NCBI RefSeq assembly: GCF_009914755.1
Contig: NC_060946.1
Direction: 5' to 3' (one strand)
Length of the DNA: 64,000 nt
Source of the DNA: the human T2T-CHM13v2.0 reference genome, Homo sapiens
Numbering within the stretch: position 1 is the first letter of the stretch; each line of letters opens with the position of its first letter. A program made the position numbers and the translations under genes. Of the stretch, positions 41,446-57,894 are shown piece after piece. Below the pieces are notes generated by a model. The model ran no database searches. It was given only the letters and a program-made list of their open reading frames with translations, and was not told where the DNA came from.

Positions 41446-42721
41446 TCACCAGTGTCAGCTATTGGAAGATTTTAGTTTCTGAGCACATGATTTTATAAGA
41501 CCTCTTGGAACAGGTAGGCAGACAAGGTGTGGGGTTGATCTAATGACACCTGTTTTTTTTCAGAGCTGATTTCTAATTAATTCTCATGGAATGTTTCCAC
41601 TGGAAACGAACTAATCTGGAGACAGAAGCAGTTCCAACAACCAAGATATATAATTGAGATAATCGCTGTGCACAAATAACATCTGTGAGCAGCAGATGCT
41701 AACACCTGGCTCCAAGGAGAAAGTCGGAGATGATGTCTGCTCCAGGGCAGCAGTTGCTTTTTCTCTCCCCCTATTTGATTCATGCTTCTGACCTTTGTCT
41801 CTTCCACAGAGGCAATATGTTACTTGCTTTCTGTTAGATAGAGAAGGATTTGCACTGAACTCTTTAGTCGTTTACTTAATTCATGCTGGGGGCTGTATTC
41901 ACCTCTTCCTTCTGAGAACAAAGCTGCCACCAAGTCATTGTACCCTCTAAATAGCTCTGAAATGCATCCCCCGTCTCTCTCTGCTTGTATTACAGTCCAC
42001 CTGAATATCTAGTACTTGGATTTCTCTCAAGTTGGCTGGCCTCTGGTCTTGTCTGAGCAATCTTTGTACCGTCTGATCTTTGGAGAGAGAATTTTAAAAT
42101 TTAAACGCAAAGTCGGTTCTTTGTGTGTTCAAGATCCATTGGTAGTTTCACATTGCCTTCAGCCTAAAGTCCAGGTTTCTTCCCTTGACCTACACGGATG
42201 CATATTTTGGCACCTACCCTCCTGTCACCCCTCACCCGAAGCTTAGGATGGCTTGGTGTCCTCTGCACCTGCCCTCACCTCTTCACCTTTGCCCAAGCAA
42301 TGCCCTTGGCTGGGTTCTTGCTTCTTTCACTGATCCCTCTTTGCCTGATAAGCATCTAAGCATTCTGTGAAATTGACTTTGGGTGTCCTCTCTTGGAGCC
42401 CTCTTGGTCCTCCATGGGCTGGGTGAGGGTGCCGCCTCTCCTTCCCCACAATCTGTTGGGCCTGCCCCTGAGTTAGTACTTGTCACTCCCTGTAATTATT
42501 CTTTTGTTTCCATCATTTTTTTTCTAAACCCTTAAAGGCAGGGACCGGGGTGAGTAAACACAGTAAAAGACTTAGCCAAAGTCACAAAGGTAATTAATAA
42601 AAATCCCAGCCTGGGTTTGAACTGAAGGAATCCGACTCAGGTACCTGGGAATTTAACCTCTCCCCGCCATGCCACCAATGCCTCCTGTTGGTCCTCTGCT
42701 GTCTCGGGGCTATTACATCCT

Positions 42722-42972
42722 TTTTAATTTTTTTTTTTTATTTTGAGGCAAGGTCTTGCCCTGTCATCCAGGCTGGAGTGCAGTGGTGCAATCGCGGTTT
42801 ACTACAGCCTCAACCTCAAGCAGAATACAGGCATGCACCACCACACCTGGCTAATTGTTCTGTATTTTTGCTAGAGACAAAGTTTCTCTGTGTCGCCCAG
42901 GCTGGTCTTGAACTCCTGGGCTCAAGTGATCCACCCGCCTTGGCCTCCCAAAGTGCAGGGACTACAGGCCAC
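42722..42972 (-). mobile_element. internally deleted old Alu
   Basis: reverse Alu with part of the right arm missing. Confidence 0.82.
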
Positions 42973-43811
42973 ATCTTCCCTGGACACCCTGAGTGCTCCT
43001 GTAGGTCCTTCCACTTGGGAATTCTGGGTCAGCTCCGGTGTTTACTCAGGTGGAGCCACAAAGCCTTGTGCGACTTATACACTGTGAGCTCCCAGCAGTG
43101 GTTTGTTAATAGCCCGAGGCTCTCTGTTAGTGCTTAGAAGACTAATAACCCTGGATTCATGCTCAGTGCCCTTAATTGGGACATTTATCACCGTGTGTCA
43201 TCCATGCTTCCATGAGACATTGGAAATAGTTAGTAAGCACTGGGAAGATGACCCTGATGGGAGTCTTTTGTGTGTGGGCACCTGGGGAACATTTTTCCCC
43301 AGCCAGGAACTATGGAACAGGTGGCTTCCTGCGATGTTTTATTTGAAGAGCCTTTTTTAAAACGATTATGTTGGAGTGAATTTATTCAATGTTAACATAA
43401 CCTCCTGTCGGAGAAGATAAAGACAGAATTGTAATTGGTTAAAAACATGGTTATCACAGGCCTGTTCACCCCACAAATGTTGACACATTCAATGCTATGA
43501 TGAATGAAGTGGGAAGAGGCTGGTTTCATTATAGGCAAGAAGGCGGGGACATCTCCCCAAAAGGACCTGTTACCATTTAGTCATGGAGGGGCCTGTCAAG
43601 GTCGTGATAACTATTCTACAGCAACGATATTGACGGGGAACATTGATTCTTTACACTGTGCTAGTCATGGTGCCAAATATATCAACGTCATGACCTGATT
43701 ATATCCCCCAAACCCACTTGAGTGCAGTGAATTCTGCAATGGCAGGAGCCTTTTCTGTTTTGAACCAGTGTGTGGGAGTGTGACTGTATACAGCAAGTGC
43801 TCAGTGAATGA

Positions 43812-44356
<545 letters not shown>

Positions 44357-44403
44357 TAAAACTTACAGAGAAGTTGCAAGAATAGTTCAAAGGGCTTATT
44401 TAA

Positions 44404-44926
<523 letters not shown>

Positions 44927-44944
44927 TAAAAATATTTTCTAATC

Positions 44945-45160
44945 CAGGAGTTGGCAAACTAGGGCCCAAAAGCCAAGTCCAGCCAACTGCATGTTTCTTT
45001 GTGGTTTTTGTTTGTTTATTTTATTATAGCTGGTGAGCAAAGAATTTTTTTTTTTGTTTTTAAATGGTTACATTTAAGGTGGTTATGTAAGTACCCACAT
45101 ATATACTTGATTTTGCCTCTTGACCTGCCAAGCCTAAAATAATTATTATCTGACCCCTGA
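44945..45160. mobile_element. MER58-type hAT-Charlie fossil
   Basis: caggagttggcaaact...aagcctaaaataattattatctgaccc. Confidence 0.65.
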
Positions 45161-45805
45161 TTTTATCTGCTGTCTTTTTAAATTTTGCCAATTACCCCCC
45201 AGTGTCCGTTATAGCAATTTATCTCCCAATTTAGGATCCAACTTGGAAAGTAAAACTGCTTCCATTATTTTCATGGTGTCATAGTTCCTCAGTCTGTCTT
45301 TTTTTATGATACTGACATTTTTTGGAGAGTTCAGGCCAGTTGCATTGTAGAATGTTCCTCAATTTTGGGTGAACTGGAATGTGAACCCCTATTTCTTTCC
45401 AATTTCAGAGCCATTTTTATTTATGCAGGTCTGAGATTCCCAGGACAAAGGACTTTTAAAACCAGAAAGTCCCAGACCAAAAGGGATGAGCTTGTCATCC
45501 TAGCACCAGTGTCTCAAGCACTGAGTAATCCTGGGGAAGATAAAATCTCCTTACCCTGGCCCCACCCTCCACCTGGCCTTTGCAGTAAAGCCAGTTCTCA
45601 AAAGCCAACTGGTGGTTTTAGCAGAAAGGGTGATGAACCAAATGCCAGTGTGAGAACCTGTCCCCTTCCACACAGGCCTTTTGTCTTCTGTCTTCCCATG
45701 TTTCTCGTTAGAGAAATTCTCACCATCCACATGTGCTGGCCTTGTATCTTGCCTTTTTTCCCTCTATTTATGCATGTGAGCTATATTGATATTATTGCGT
45801 GTGTT

Positions 45806-45884
45806 TTAGGCAATTAAAGTAATGGCAAAAAGTAATGGCATTAAATTAATGGCAAAAACTGCAGTTACTTTTGCACCAACCTAA
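45806..45884. mobile_element. rearranged MADE1 (Hsmar1-derived MITE)
   Basis: intact right arm taatggcaaaaactgcagttacttttgcaccaacctaa followed by TA. Confidence 0.75.
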
Positions 45885-46668
45885 TAATTGGTTTATTGTT
45901 GTTGCGGTTGTATGTGACTACCACAATTTATCTTATCCATGTTGCTGTTTATGGATATGTGGGTTTTGTCTAGGTTTTGGTTATGAATAGAGCCAGTATG
46001 AACATTTTTTTGCACATTATTTTATGGGAGGGGAGCAAATGTATGCATTTCTGTAGGGTGCATAACTAGAAGTGTGGTATCTCTGGGTCATAGTACACAT
46101 GGTTTTTGTCTTTAGCAGATACTACAAAATAAATTTCCAAGGTACCTGTAGACATTTACATTCCCATCAACAGAACATGAAAGTCCTACTGGCTTCCTGT
46201 CATGGCTGGCAGTTGGTATTATTATCAGTTGTTGGCATTTTAGCCATTCCGAGGGAAGGAGAATATTTTTTATTCTATTTTGCACTTCTCTGATGTTCAC
46301 CTTTTCAAAGTATATCATCCATTTCGATATTTATTTTTACCTGTCCAAGGCATATGCTTATTTTTCTGTTGGGTTGTTTGTATTTTTCTTAGTGATTTGT
46401 GGGATACTTTGATAGAAGCTCTTTGCTACATATGTCTATTGCCATTATTTTCTCTCACTTTAGGGTTGACCATTACATTTTCTTGGTGGTGTCTTTTTAT
46501 GAAGAGAAATTCTTGATTTTGATGTAATCTAATGGGTCAGTGTTAAACATCTTAGAATCCAAATTTTAAATCAGTTGGTCAGGCAGAGGGTGTTCTGTTT
46601 AGCTGGATATTCTGGTGAGGTGGGAGTGGTGCAGGATGATGGAAAGTCTACCTCCATGGCCAAGACTC

Positions 46669-47113
46669 TGTGAACCCCCAGAATTTGAGGCAGGTCTCAG
46701 TTAATTTAGAAAGTTTATTTCTCCGAGGTTGAGGACGTGCGCCTGTGACAGCCTCAGGAAGTCCTGACGAAGTGCCCAAGGTGGTCGGGGCACAGCTTGG
46801 TTTTATACATTTTAGGGAGACATGAGACATCAATCAATATGTGTAAGAAGTACAGTGGTTTTGTCCAGAAAGGCAGGGACGGCTCAAAGCTGGGAGGGGG
46901 CTTCCAGGTCACAGGTAGGTGAGAGAAAAATGGTTGCATTCTTTTGAGTTTCTGATAAGCCTTTCCAAAGGAGGCAGTCAGAATATGCATCTATCTCAGT
47001 GAGCAGAGGGATGACTTTGAATAGAATGAGGGCAGATTTGCCCTGAGCAGTTCCCAGCTTGAATTTTCTGTCTAGCTTAGTGATTCGGGGGCTCAAGATA
47101 TTTTCCTTTCACT
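46669..47113 (-). mobile_element. MER4A1-like ERV1 solo LTR
   Basis: reverse of gtgaaaggaaaatatcttgagccccc...cactaagct...gggaactgctcagggcaaa; 4-bp TSD actc. Confidence 0.85.
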
Positions 47114-47289
47114 ACTCGTGGTTCCGTCCCTCAGTGCTCAATCAGTTTCTGCTAGGATTTGAATTACGCTGGTGGTTTCCAGGCTCGTGTGGGTGTGTGC
47201 ACACACGCGGTGTGTTTTCTTTTTAGCAAAATAATCCACTTATTAAAGAGAAATCTCATTAAAATGCCCTCTGCCCTGACCATTAATAG

Positions 47290-47860
47290 TGTAACTGAAA
47301 ATTGGGTTAGTTGCTGGCCACCGCATGTAGAGTCCAATTAACAAGAACCAGGCCTGGTACAGGAAAAGTGAGTTCATTTCTGAAGCTAGCTTGGGAGAAG
47401 GGCACAAAACATCCTACTTTAAATGTGCCGCTTTACCTTTGGAGCAAAAAGCAGACACTTCCATAAGGTCAGGAGGAGAGTGAGCAAGGGAGGGGGGTCT
47501 CCCTGCTACCAGGCAGTTACCTAGTGGGCAGTTGAGTTGGCACCTTTCTGGGCAAGAGTAAGTTGTAAAAGTGGCCGAGTGGTCATGCCTTAGGCATGCC
47601 CTCCTGAGGCAACCCCCTGGAGGGGGTACTTTCCTGGGGACATGCTTTGATTTCCAAATCAATTGTCTGCTCTGGAGGAGAAATTCATCTTGGAGCACAT
47701 AGATGAACTTGCTCTATAGGAAACATTGGGTGAGGGGGAGGTGAGAGGTTATTTTGCATTTCAAAAAGGGCTAAGTAGGAAGTAGAGGGAAAGGGGAAAG
47801 GAGAAAAGAAGAGAAAAAAAAAAACCCTGTGTCTTAGAAAAATGGGGGTACTTGGTTATA
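47290..47860 (-). mobile_element. ERV1-class solo LTR (subfamily not assigned)
   Basis: tgtaac... / ...gtacttggttata termini; degenerate 4-bp TSD atag/attg. Confidence 0.6.
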
Positions 47861-48825
47861 ATTGGGCTTCCCTTGTTTCTCCCAGAGTACCCTCCTTCTG
47901 GCTCTGAAGAAAGGTACCAGCTCGGGTATGTGGGGTCTGGTGAATAAGGCTGTGGTCACCCTCCCTGTCCAGGTCATTTCCTCCTACAGAGGGGGATCCT
48001 GCCCACAGGTCCCACCCCTTGTCCTTCCTGTGGACACTGTGGGTATCTGGGTTAGAGACCTATGCATGGAGGATGGGGGAGCACTCCTGGTTGCGGGCTT
48101 CTTCCCAAGGATGCATGCAGTGCAGACAGGCTACAGAGTCAGGCAGTCCTGGCTCACCCTGCGGGTTCACTGATGCTGCTGAGCTCACGTGTCTGCCTCA
48201 GTCTCTCAGTACACGACATGTGTCGAGTTCATACTATGTCAGGACCCAGAGTTGAACAAGAGCCAGGTGACCCTCCAGGAGCCCAGTGTCCAGTGGGGAG
48301 ACAGACGTGGAGGCACAAGACCTGGTGCTGTTTAGGGGAGCAAAGGGGTGCTGGAATATAATAAAAGAGGGATGTAAATGAGACGGGGATCGGGGAGGGC
48401 CTTTTTTGGATGTTTTATCCTGCTTTTCTATTTTTCTTTCTCTCTTTGGAGCATCAGTGTGATCCAGATTCATCATCACCAGAGAGGAAGTCAGGATAGA
48501 AGCTTTTGAAGTCTGTTCAGTGGTGGAGGATTCAAGCAGTCCTTAGATCCTAAAATACAAAAAATTAGGAGGACTCTTGAACCCTCAAAGAAATAGACTT
48601 AAGACAAGTGAAAGGAGGCCTGCTTTACTCAGCAGGTGGTGAACATATTCCACAGGACTTACAGGAAAAAGCTGTGGACTTAAAAGAGACCTCGGTTCAG
48701 ATTCTGCCACCTTCACTATTAGCTGTGTGACACTGATGAGTTAACTAACCTGTCTGTGCCTCAGTTTCCTCATCTGAAACTGAAAACAGCTACTTCCTAG
48801 AAATGTTACATGTTATAAATTAACA

Positions 48826-49201
48826 TGTCTTAATCAGCTCAGGCTGCCATAAAAAAATACCGTAAATTAAACTAGGTAGCTTCAGTAACAGACATTTATT
48901 TATTATAGTTCTGGAGGCTGGAAGTCTGAGATCAGGGTACCAGCATGCCTGGGTTCTGCTGTGGGCTCTCTTCCTGGCCTACAGACAGACAAATGCCTTC
49001 TCTCTGTGTCCTCACATGGTAGAGAGGAAGGAACTTTTTGGTGTTTCTTCTTCTAAGGGCACGAATCTCATCATGGAGGCCCCACCCTCATGACCTGATC
49101 TAAACCTTATTACCTCCCCAAAGCCTCATCTCCTAATACCATCACATTAGGGGGTGGCTTCAACATACACATTTCTAGGGGACAGAATTCTGTCTCTGGC
49201 A
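48826..49201 (-). mobile_element. MLT1A0-type MaLR solo LTR
   Basis: agttctggaggctggaagtctgagatcagggtaccagc hallmark. Confidence 0.8.
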
Positions 49202-49303
49202 ATGTGGTAAACACTTGATACTAAGTAGTTGTGATTATCCTACTACTAATAATAATATTTATTATTACTTTGAAGAAGATAGAAAAATAAATATTCAGGA
49301 AGA

Positions 49304-49599
49304 TTTTTTTTTTTGAGACAGAATCTTGCTCTGTCACCCAGGCGGGAGTGCAGTGAGTGGCGTGATCTTGGCTCACTGCAGCCTCTGCTTCCTGGGTTCA
49401 AGCAGTTCTCCCATCTCAGCCTCCCGAATAGCTGGGATTAATGGGTGTGCACCACCATGCCCGGCTAACTTTTGTATTTTTTGTAGAGGTGGGTCTTACC
49501 ATGTTGCCCAGGCTGATCTCAAACTCTTGGCCTCAACCGATTCGTTTGCCTCGGCCTCCCAAAGATCTGGGATTACAGCTGTAAGCCACCATGCCCAGC
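49304..49599 (-). mobile_element. Alu (AluJ-like)
   Basis: reverse dimer. Confidence 0.9.
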
Positions 49600-49711
49600 A
49601 GGGAAGTGTTTTGATACATTGATAAGTGATGGTCTGGAGCAGAATGTCATGAAAATTATGGAATATTCAATATATACCCAAATAGTTTAAGTTAAAAGGC
49701 ACCAAGAGTAG

Positions 49712-50170
<459 letters not shown>

Positions 50171-51046
50171 TGATTCCCTTCAGGGAAAGCCTTAATGTTG
50201 AAGGTTGGTTCTTTCAAGTACCCTGATGGGATGTCAAGGCCTGGGATGTGTTGAGAATAGCCTTCCAAAGACACCATTTCTTAACCAGAATGCTTTCCCT
50301 GTGGTGTTTGTGATGCACTATTTTTAAATCCCCTCAGTTGTTCAACCAGACCCAGAAATCCAGGTTCTAACCATTCTGCCCAAAGACTGGAATTTTTCCT
50401 CTCCACACCTCATTCCATATGTCTAGTCAACTCATCTAGTAGCTTAACAAATCCTAGCAAACATTTCACCTAGGTATTTAAAGCAGGCAGATGGCTTCGC
50501 ATAGAGAAGTAATGCTATTCAACAGTTTGTAGTTGATGTATATGTGATAGGAATCTCAATTGGCCTCACACTGAATGAAACAGAGGTGGGTGAGGGGAGA
50601 GAATGCCTAGATTTAGCTCAGGAACAGAGACTAGTGTGTAGAGGAGTCTTTGGGGTGGCCCAGGAAGGGCATGGGTTTGGAGTCTCAACCACTAGCACAC
50701 AAGTCTGACCTTGGGCAAATCACTTCTTCCTGGGCTGCAGTTTTCTCATTTGTGAAATAATGAAGGCTGACTGCTTCCTTGCAGGGCTGTTGTGGGCTAT
50801 AGTGATAATGAATTTTAAGTGGCCACGCAGTGCGTAATGTAGTGAGTGTTGAAGAAATCTCCTTCCCTCTTTCCCCCTAGATGAGTAATCGGGAAAGGGA
50901 AATATTGATCCTCCTATGGGTAAGGATCCATACACAGAACAGGTAAACAGTAAATAATTGTTACTCTGTCACAGGGTTTTGGGTGGAACCACTTTGATCC
51001 AACTTTTTTGGTAGATTAGCATCAATTAACACTATGGAAGTGTTTG

Positions 51047-51329
51047 GTTTTGCTTTTTTAAGAGATGGGATTGCCCAAGCTGGAGTGCAGTGGTGTGATC
51101 ATAGCTCACAGCAGCCTTTCATTCCTGGGCTCAAGGAATCTTCCTGTCTCACCCTCCTGGGTAGCTGGGACTACAGGCGCTCCACCATGCCCAGCTAATT
51201 TTTTGCTCTTTATAGAGATGAGGTCTAGCTATGGTGCCTAGGCTGGTCTGGAACTCGTGGCCTCAAGTGATGCTCCCACCTCGGCCTCACAACATGCTAG
51301 GATTACAGGCATAAGCCACCATGCCTGAC
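51047..51329 (-). mobile_element. Alu (AluJ-like, diverged)
   Basis: reverse dimer. Confidence 0.88.
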
Positions 51330-51401
51330 AGATAGCAATGTCTTTTGAGTGTTTATTCTGTGGCTAACATCATGTATGCATTACCTCCTTTAATTCACTC
51401 A

Positions 51402-51935
51402 TTTGTATCTGGGTTTTGGGTGGTAACCCAGTTCAAATTGGCTTGCATAGAAAAAGGGAAGTTATTGGCCAAAATATCTGAAAAGTTCTGAGGCTAGGAC
51501 TGCCTTCAGGTTTGGCTAGATCTAGGTACCCCAATCATGTCATCAAGATTATGTCTCTGCCACCTCTTAGGTCAGCTTTAAGATACAACAGCAGCTTATA
51601 TCTTAAGCATGTTCCATCTTGTATTCTTAGGCAGACTCTTCGATCTTGCCCAGACTTTCCAAGCTTTTATCCTGCTTCAGAAAGAGTGAACTTTATTTTC
51701 ATAGTCTCAGCAAAAATCTTGGTGTCAACCATGTCGTTATTACAGAACCAACCACTGTGGCCAACAGGAGGCGATGCTCTGATTGGGTAGGCTGGGTCAT
51801 GTGCCCCTCTTTGAGCTTGGGGAGCAGGATCTGCACCATCAAAGCACATGGATGTTTGGAGATGGATATTTATCACAGGGAAGATGGGGTCCTTCTCTCA
51901 AAAGAATGGGAAGTGGATGCTGGGCATGTACCATA
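51402..51935 (-). mobile_element. old MLT1 (J/K-type) LTR remnant
   Basis: gccttcaggtttggctagatctagg, gaaccaaccactgtggcc, ctctgattgg, ggatgctgggca phrases. Confidence 0.55.
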
Positions 51936-52345
51936 CCACATTTTTTGTACAGAGCGTCTGTAGTGGGCACTATTGTTTCCAAGGGAGTGCAAGGTAATGG
52001 CTCAGAGTGGGAACTTCATGACCAGACTACCTGGGTTCATATCCCAGCTCTGCCATTTAGTACTTGAATGACCATCAGTAAGTCACTCAACCTCTCTATT
52101 CCTCAGTTTCCTCAACTATAACAACAGGAATGGTTGTTGACCCTACCTCGGAGTGCTATTCTGAAAGTTAGATGAATTAATACATGAAAAGTGTTCAGAG
52201 CAGTGTCTGGCACAAAGTAACAGCTCATGCTCATAACCTTTGTGCATGGCATCTCCTAGGCTTGTACAGTGCACAACTGATACAGCTGTACTCAGCAGTC
52301 CTACTCAATGAACGCAAATCATTTTGTCCCCCATTTTTTGGATGA

Positions 52346-52714
52346 TGATATGGTTTGGCTATGTTCCCACACAAATCTCATCTTGAATCAAAAGTAGCTC
52401 CCATAATTCCCACGTGTCATGAGAGGGAACTGCTGGGAGGTGTTTGAATCTTGGGGAGCAAGTCTTTCCCATGCTGGTCTTGTGATAGTGAATAAGTCTC
52501 ACGAGATCTGATGGTTTTATAAAGGGGAGTTTCCCTGCACATGCCCTCTTGATTGCACCCATGTAAGACATGCCTTTGCTTCTCCTTTGCCTTCTGCCGT
52601 GATTTTGAGGCCTCCCCAGTCATGTGGAACTGTGAGTCCAGTATACCTCTTTCCTTTATAAATTATCCAGTCTCAGGTATGTCTTTATTAGTAGTGTGAG
52701 AACAGACTAATACG
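52346..52714 (+). mobile_element. THE1B/C-type MaLR solo LTR inserted in a MIR
   Basis: tgatatggtttggct...gaacagactaatac termini. Confidence 0.88.
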
Positions 52715-55693
52715 CATGGGAAAAATCAAAGTTCAGTAACCTGCCCAAGGTCACAGGCTCATAGATGGAGGTACTGGGACTGAAATCCCAATTCTGCCTG
52801 ACCTTTGGGTCTGCTCCTAACCACCACATGATACTGTGTGATGTTAAACATCCCCCCGGTGGTAGAGAACATAGAGAGAATGCAACCTCTCCTTCCCTCC
52901 CATTCTTTGACCCTAGATGGAGCTCATCTCATCTTACCCCTGTGAACTCCAGGCTTCCAGGACCCACAATCACAGAAGAGTCAGGGCCCCACCAAATATC
53001 CCCAGGCCAAAGCTTAGCAGCACTTAATTTATGCATAAGATCTGAAGCATGTTTCCCTCTGTAACTACAGTATGGGGAGGACTTGGAATGAACATTTTAC
53101 TATTTAGTAGAAGAAGGGTCCTATCCCAAGGGAATAGTAGGCAATGAAGCCCTCCGTAGATGCCTGCCTTGCAGAATTCGAGCAGATCTGGGGAAGCCGG
53201 GCTGATTTAATTAGAGAACAATAGAATGACTTAGTACGCACGGAGGAAGGTGCTTTTTCTAGCTATTGAAAGTGTTTTGGTGCTTTGTACCCACATACTC
53301 ATGCCATTGTTCTATTGATTTTACAAAAAGTAAAAATCGGAAGAGAAACAAAAATCTAATGAACTTAAACTAAAATCAAATCAGATGTGTTGTTGAGGGT
53401 CTATTGGGATCCAGCCCACACTAGGTCGGGAGACAGATGGAAATTGCAGGACCTTCATCTCACCCTAAACCTCTCCACCCCTGAGAGGCCTTGTCCATGG
53501 GGACGTGATGATTACTCAGAGTCGAAAGGTGGGAAGTGTCAGCTGTCACCTCAGGTCCTCATTGTCACACTGGCCACAAGGGTTGGAGAGTGAACATCAA
53601 TAATTCTTCCCTGTCGCCTGTCAACCCAACCACCTTTACTACCCACTGCTCTCTGATGGCTCTTCCTGGAGCTCCTCAGGGGAAGGCATTTTCAAAGGCG
53701 AGTCTGGCCAGTGTTGCGCCACTGAAGGATCTGATCTCTGTCCTTAACATGACTTGCCACCGACTTCATAAAAACATCAGTCAAACAGCCTCCGTATGGA
53801 AATAATGTGCAGTGAATTCTTCTTATGCTGGGTCATCCATAATAAAAAATCAGCCAGAGGTGGCCCCATGTTTCTTTCTGCTCCCTAAAGTGCAATAAAT
53901 TGAAACTTTTAAAGCTCAGCATGAAGACAGCTTGTCAGCAGCGGCCTGGGGCCTGCCCCGTGGAGGTCTTGGGCTGGGAAATGCCTGGTCTGGTCTCTCC
54001 AGATCCTCTTAAAATCTAGACCTGCTTGACTTGTGTGCCTCTGGGTCACTGACCTCCCTCTACCCATCCCAGTGGAACAGGAAGGCTAAAATTCCTCAAG
54101 ATGGTCAGTGCTGAGGCCCTGCTTATCCTGACTGTGTAAACTTGGCCCATTCTTTTGGCTTCTGCTTCATTTTCTTTCTCTCTAAAATGGAGTTAAAAAT
54201 TCCCACTTCCCAGGGATGAAAGGAGCTCACAACGACAATTGTTACCATTTTGTAATGTTTTCTCACTGCCAGACACTGTGTAAGCACTTTGCATGTTTTC
54301 ATCCATGTATCCTGCAGACATCCTGTGATGGAACCATCCCTATTTTATAGAGGAGGAAAACTGAGGCATAGCAAGACGGTGCTGCTGGCAGAAGCAGACT
54401 GCCTCAGGTCTGGCTCCAGTGCCCAAGCTCTGAACCACACACACAGTGAAATCTGGCACTTAGTGTTGGTAACGTTGGTTTCCTTCCTCTGTCCTTCGGA
54501 ATGAATGTGTTCATCCCTGGCAGGTTCCAGGAATGATGCATATTTCCACCACATTTGCTCAAACTCCGAGTTCTGTCATTTTACAGACTCCCAACTTAGT
54601 CCAGGCTCTCCTGATGCTGCCTAAGAGGTTTCCGTTATAGCACGAAACCACTGAGCTGTTTTCTCTGCAACAGAGCTCTCTCTTTATTTTGATCCATTCC
54701 GTCTGTGTGGTCAGACCTCCCAGTGAGTGGCTTTCTATGAGGGGCAGTGAAGCTCAGTAGTTAAGAGCTTGGGCTCTGGCGTTGGAGCAAGCAGGCTCTC
54801 CACAGACCAGCTCTGTGATGGTGAACAAGTCACTTCCCCTCTGTGTGTCTCAGAGTCCGCCTTTATCAAAAGGTCCTAATGGTGGCACCTTTCTCCTAGA
54901 GGTGCTGTGGGGCTGTCATGAAGCAAGGCAGAGAAAGCACAGTGCCTTGAACATGGTCCCCAAGCAACAGTAGCAGGTGGGACTGCTAATGCCAAAACCA
55001 TCAGGGCCAAGATAATCCTATCTCCAGCCCAGTATGAGCTAAGAAGGCCAGCAGCTGTCTCCATTGACTGCTGTCTGTGTTCATCTCTCTCTGGGGATAA
55101 GTCGTCCCTCTCTCTGCTTGCTCCAAGGAAAGAAGGGAAAGGAAAGAGCATTTCTGGATCATGCACCATTATGCCATCTATAAAATGGGGATAAAAATAG
55201 AGTCTCCTTTCTCCAGGGGCTCCAAGGACTGGCGGGATCATGCTGCTGAAACCCTCTGCTGAAGTAGGGGCTGGGCAGATGGGAACTGTGTCATCGTGTT
55301 CTGCTTTGCCCTGTTGCTTTATTTACAATGACTCTCTCTTGCCTCCTGGCTCCCAGCCCAGCTCCTTGGCCTGGCAGAGGGGCCCTGCGTGAGGCCTCCT
55401 CTTCCACCATTAGTTATCTGACATCATCTCCCTTGATGGCCCATCTGCTCCTGCCGCCCAGACCTTTTGTTGTTTGCATGCCCTGCTGTGCCGATTCTTC
55501 CATTTCTTTCCACTTCCACCCCTTCCACCCCGGCTGGAGCACCTCCACCGCCTCCTTCCTGCAGGACCATGGCGATCCCCTCACTGGCTGCCCTATTTGC
55601 AATCTGGTCCCACCCTCCCCACAGCAGCCAGAGGGAGATTAGGCCACCTACCTCCTTAGAAACCATCCATGGCTTCCTGGCAGACTGAAATAA

Positions 55694-56254
<561 letters not shown>

Positions 56255-56784
56255 TAGGTCTTAGCTTAAGTGCTTCTCCTTCATGAGTCCTCTGACTTCT
56301 CAAAAGAGGGGCTGGTTTTGCCCTGCCTGCCTTCAGGGCAGCCCTATCACCCACCTCCTAGCCATGGCAGAGGCACTTGAGTTACCTGCTGGAAAATAAG
56401 ACCAGGCCTGACATCTCACTTCTTCTGTCCATTATGCTCTAACAAGGCCAATTACCTTCCTTTGCTCTACATCAATTTTCTCAGTGTGTCTCAATCCCTC
56501 CCATTTGCCGACTGAAATGGGCCCCCAGCCCTCTTTTGCTGGGCCCAACTGCAGGAATACATTTTTCTCAGGGGCTGGAAAAGGGGGTTTTGTGAGTTGT
56601 GACCCATCCCTCTCTGAGCCCCGAATGTTTACCTTAGGTGATTTCTAAGAGTGTTTTCTGTTCCGAGATACAGAAAAGGGGGATAAGAGGGCCAACGGGA
56701 CTTACTGTAGACCTGCTAAATGTTCAGCACTCTGAATGTGCAGGCATCCTGCTGTGAGCTGAACATTATAAATGAGCTGAGTTA

Positions 56785-57173
<389 letters not shown>

Positions 57174-57894
57174 TCACCTGGGGCCACGTACATAAGTAAT
57201 TGGATGAATCTTGATGACTCCACTTTGCTAGGATAGGAGGCCTACTGTGTGCAGCTGGGAGGAAAAGAGAGAAAGAAAAGTGTGAGAAAGAGCTTTATTT
57301 AAGTCGGTGGCTCTTAGCCTTCGAGGATCTAGTGAAAGCTATGAACCCAGCAAAATGCTAAATGCTCACATGCAGAATATTTTGCATACCCTTTTAAAGG
57401 GGGTCTGTGGACCCACTTTTAACCCTGAACCCTGGTTAAGAAACTTCCACTTGGCTGGTTCCCATGGGCCGTCAAACCACCTCCTACAGGAAGCCTCCCT
57501 CAATTCCCATCCTGTGTTTCCACTGTGCCAATGTCACCCTCTTTCCTCTACTGCACAAAGAGGTTGTCATTAGCTGTTCTTGCCTGTCTCCCACTGAGAG
57601 GGCAGGGGCCAGCTTGATTGTTCCCTGCATGTCCAGTGCCTGGCACTGAATGGGCTTCAGCAAGGATTTGCTGAATGGAACTGAAGAATAACTCCTGGTG
57701 ATGCACCAGGGGTGACATTTTGAGTGGGCTCAGAACCTGGCAGCTTCAAATGCAAATTTATTTGCTTTCTCCCAGGTGTGAGTTGATGAATAGTTGTGAA
57801 GACATGAGGGCCGCCTGTATATTAATCCCATGCCTGGGAGGGGCTGGGCTGAGCTAGAGGGGAAGGACATTGAAGGAGGCAGCCTCATGAGGAG

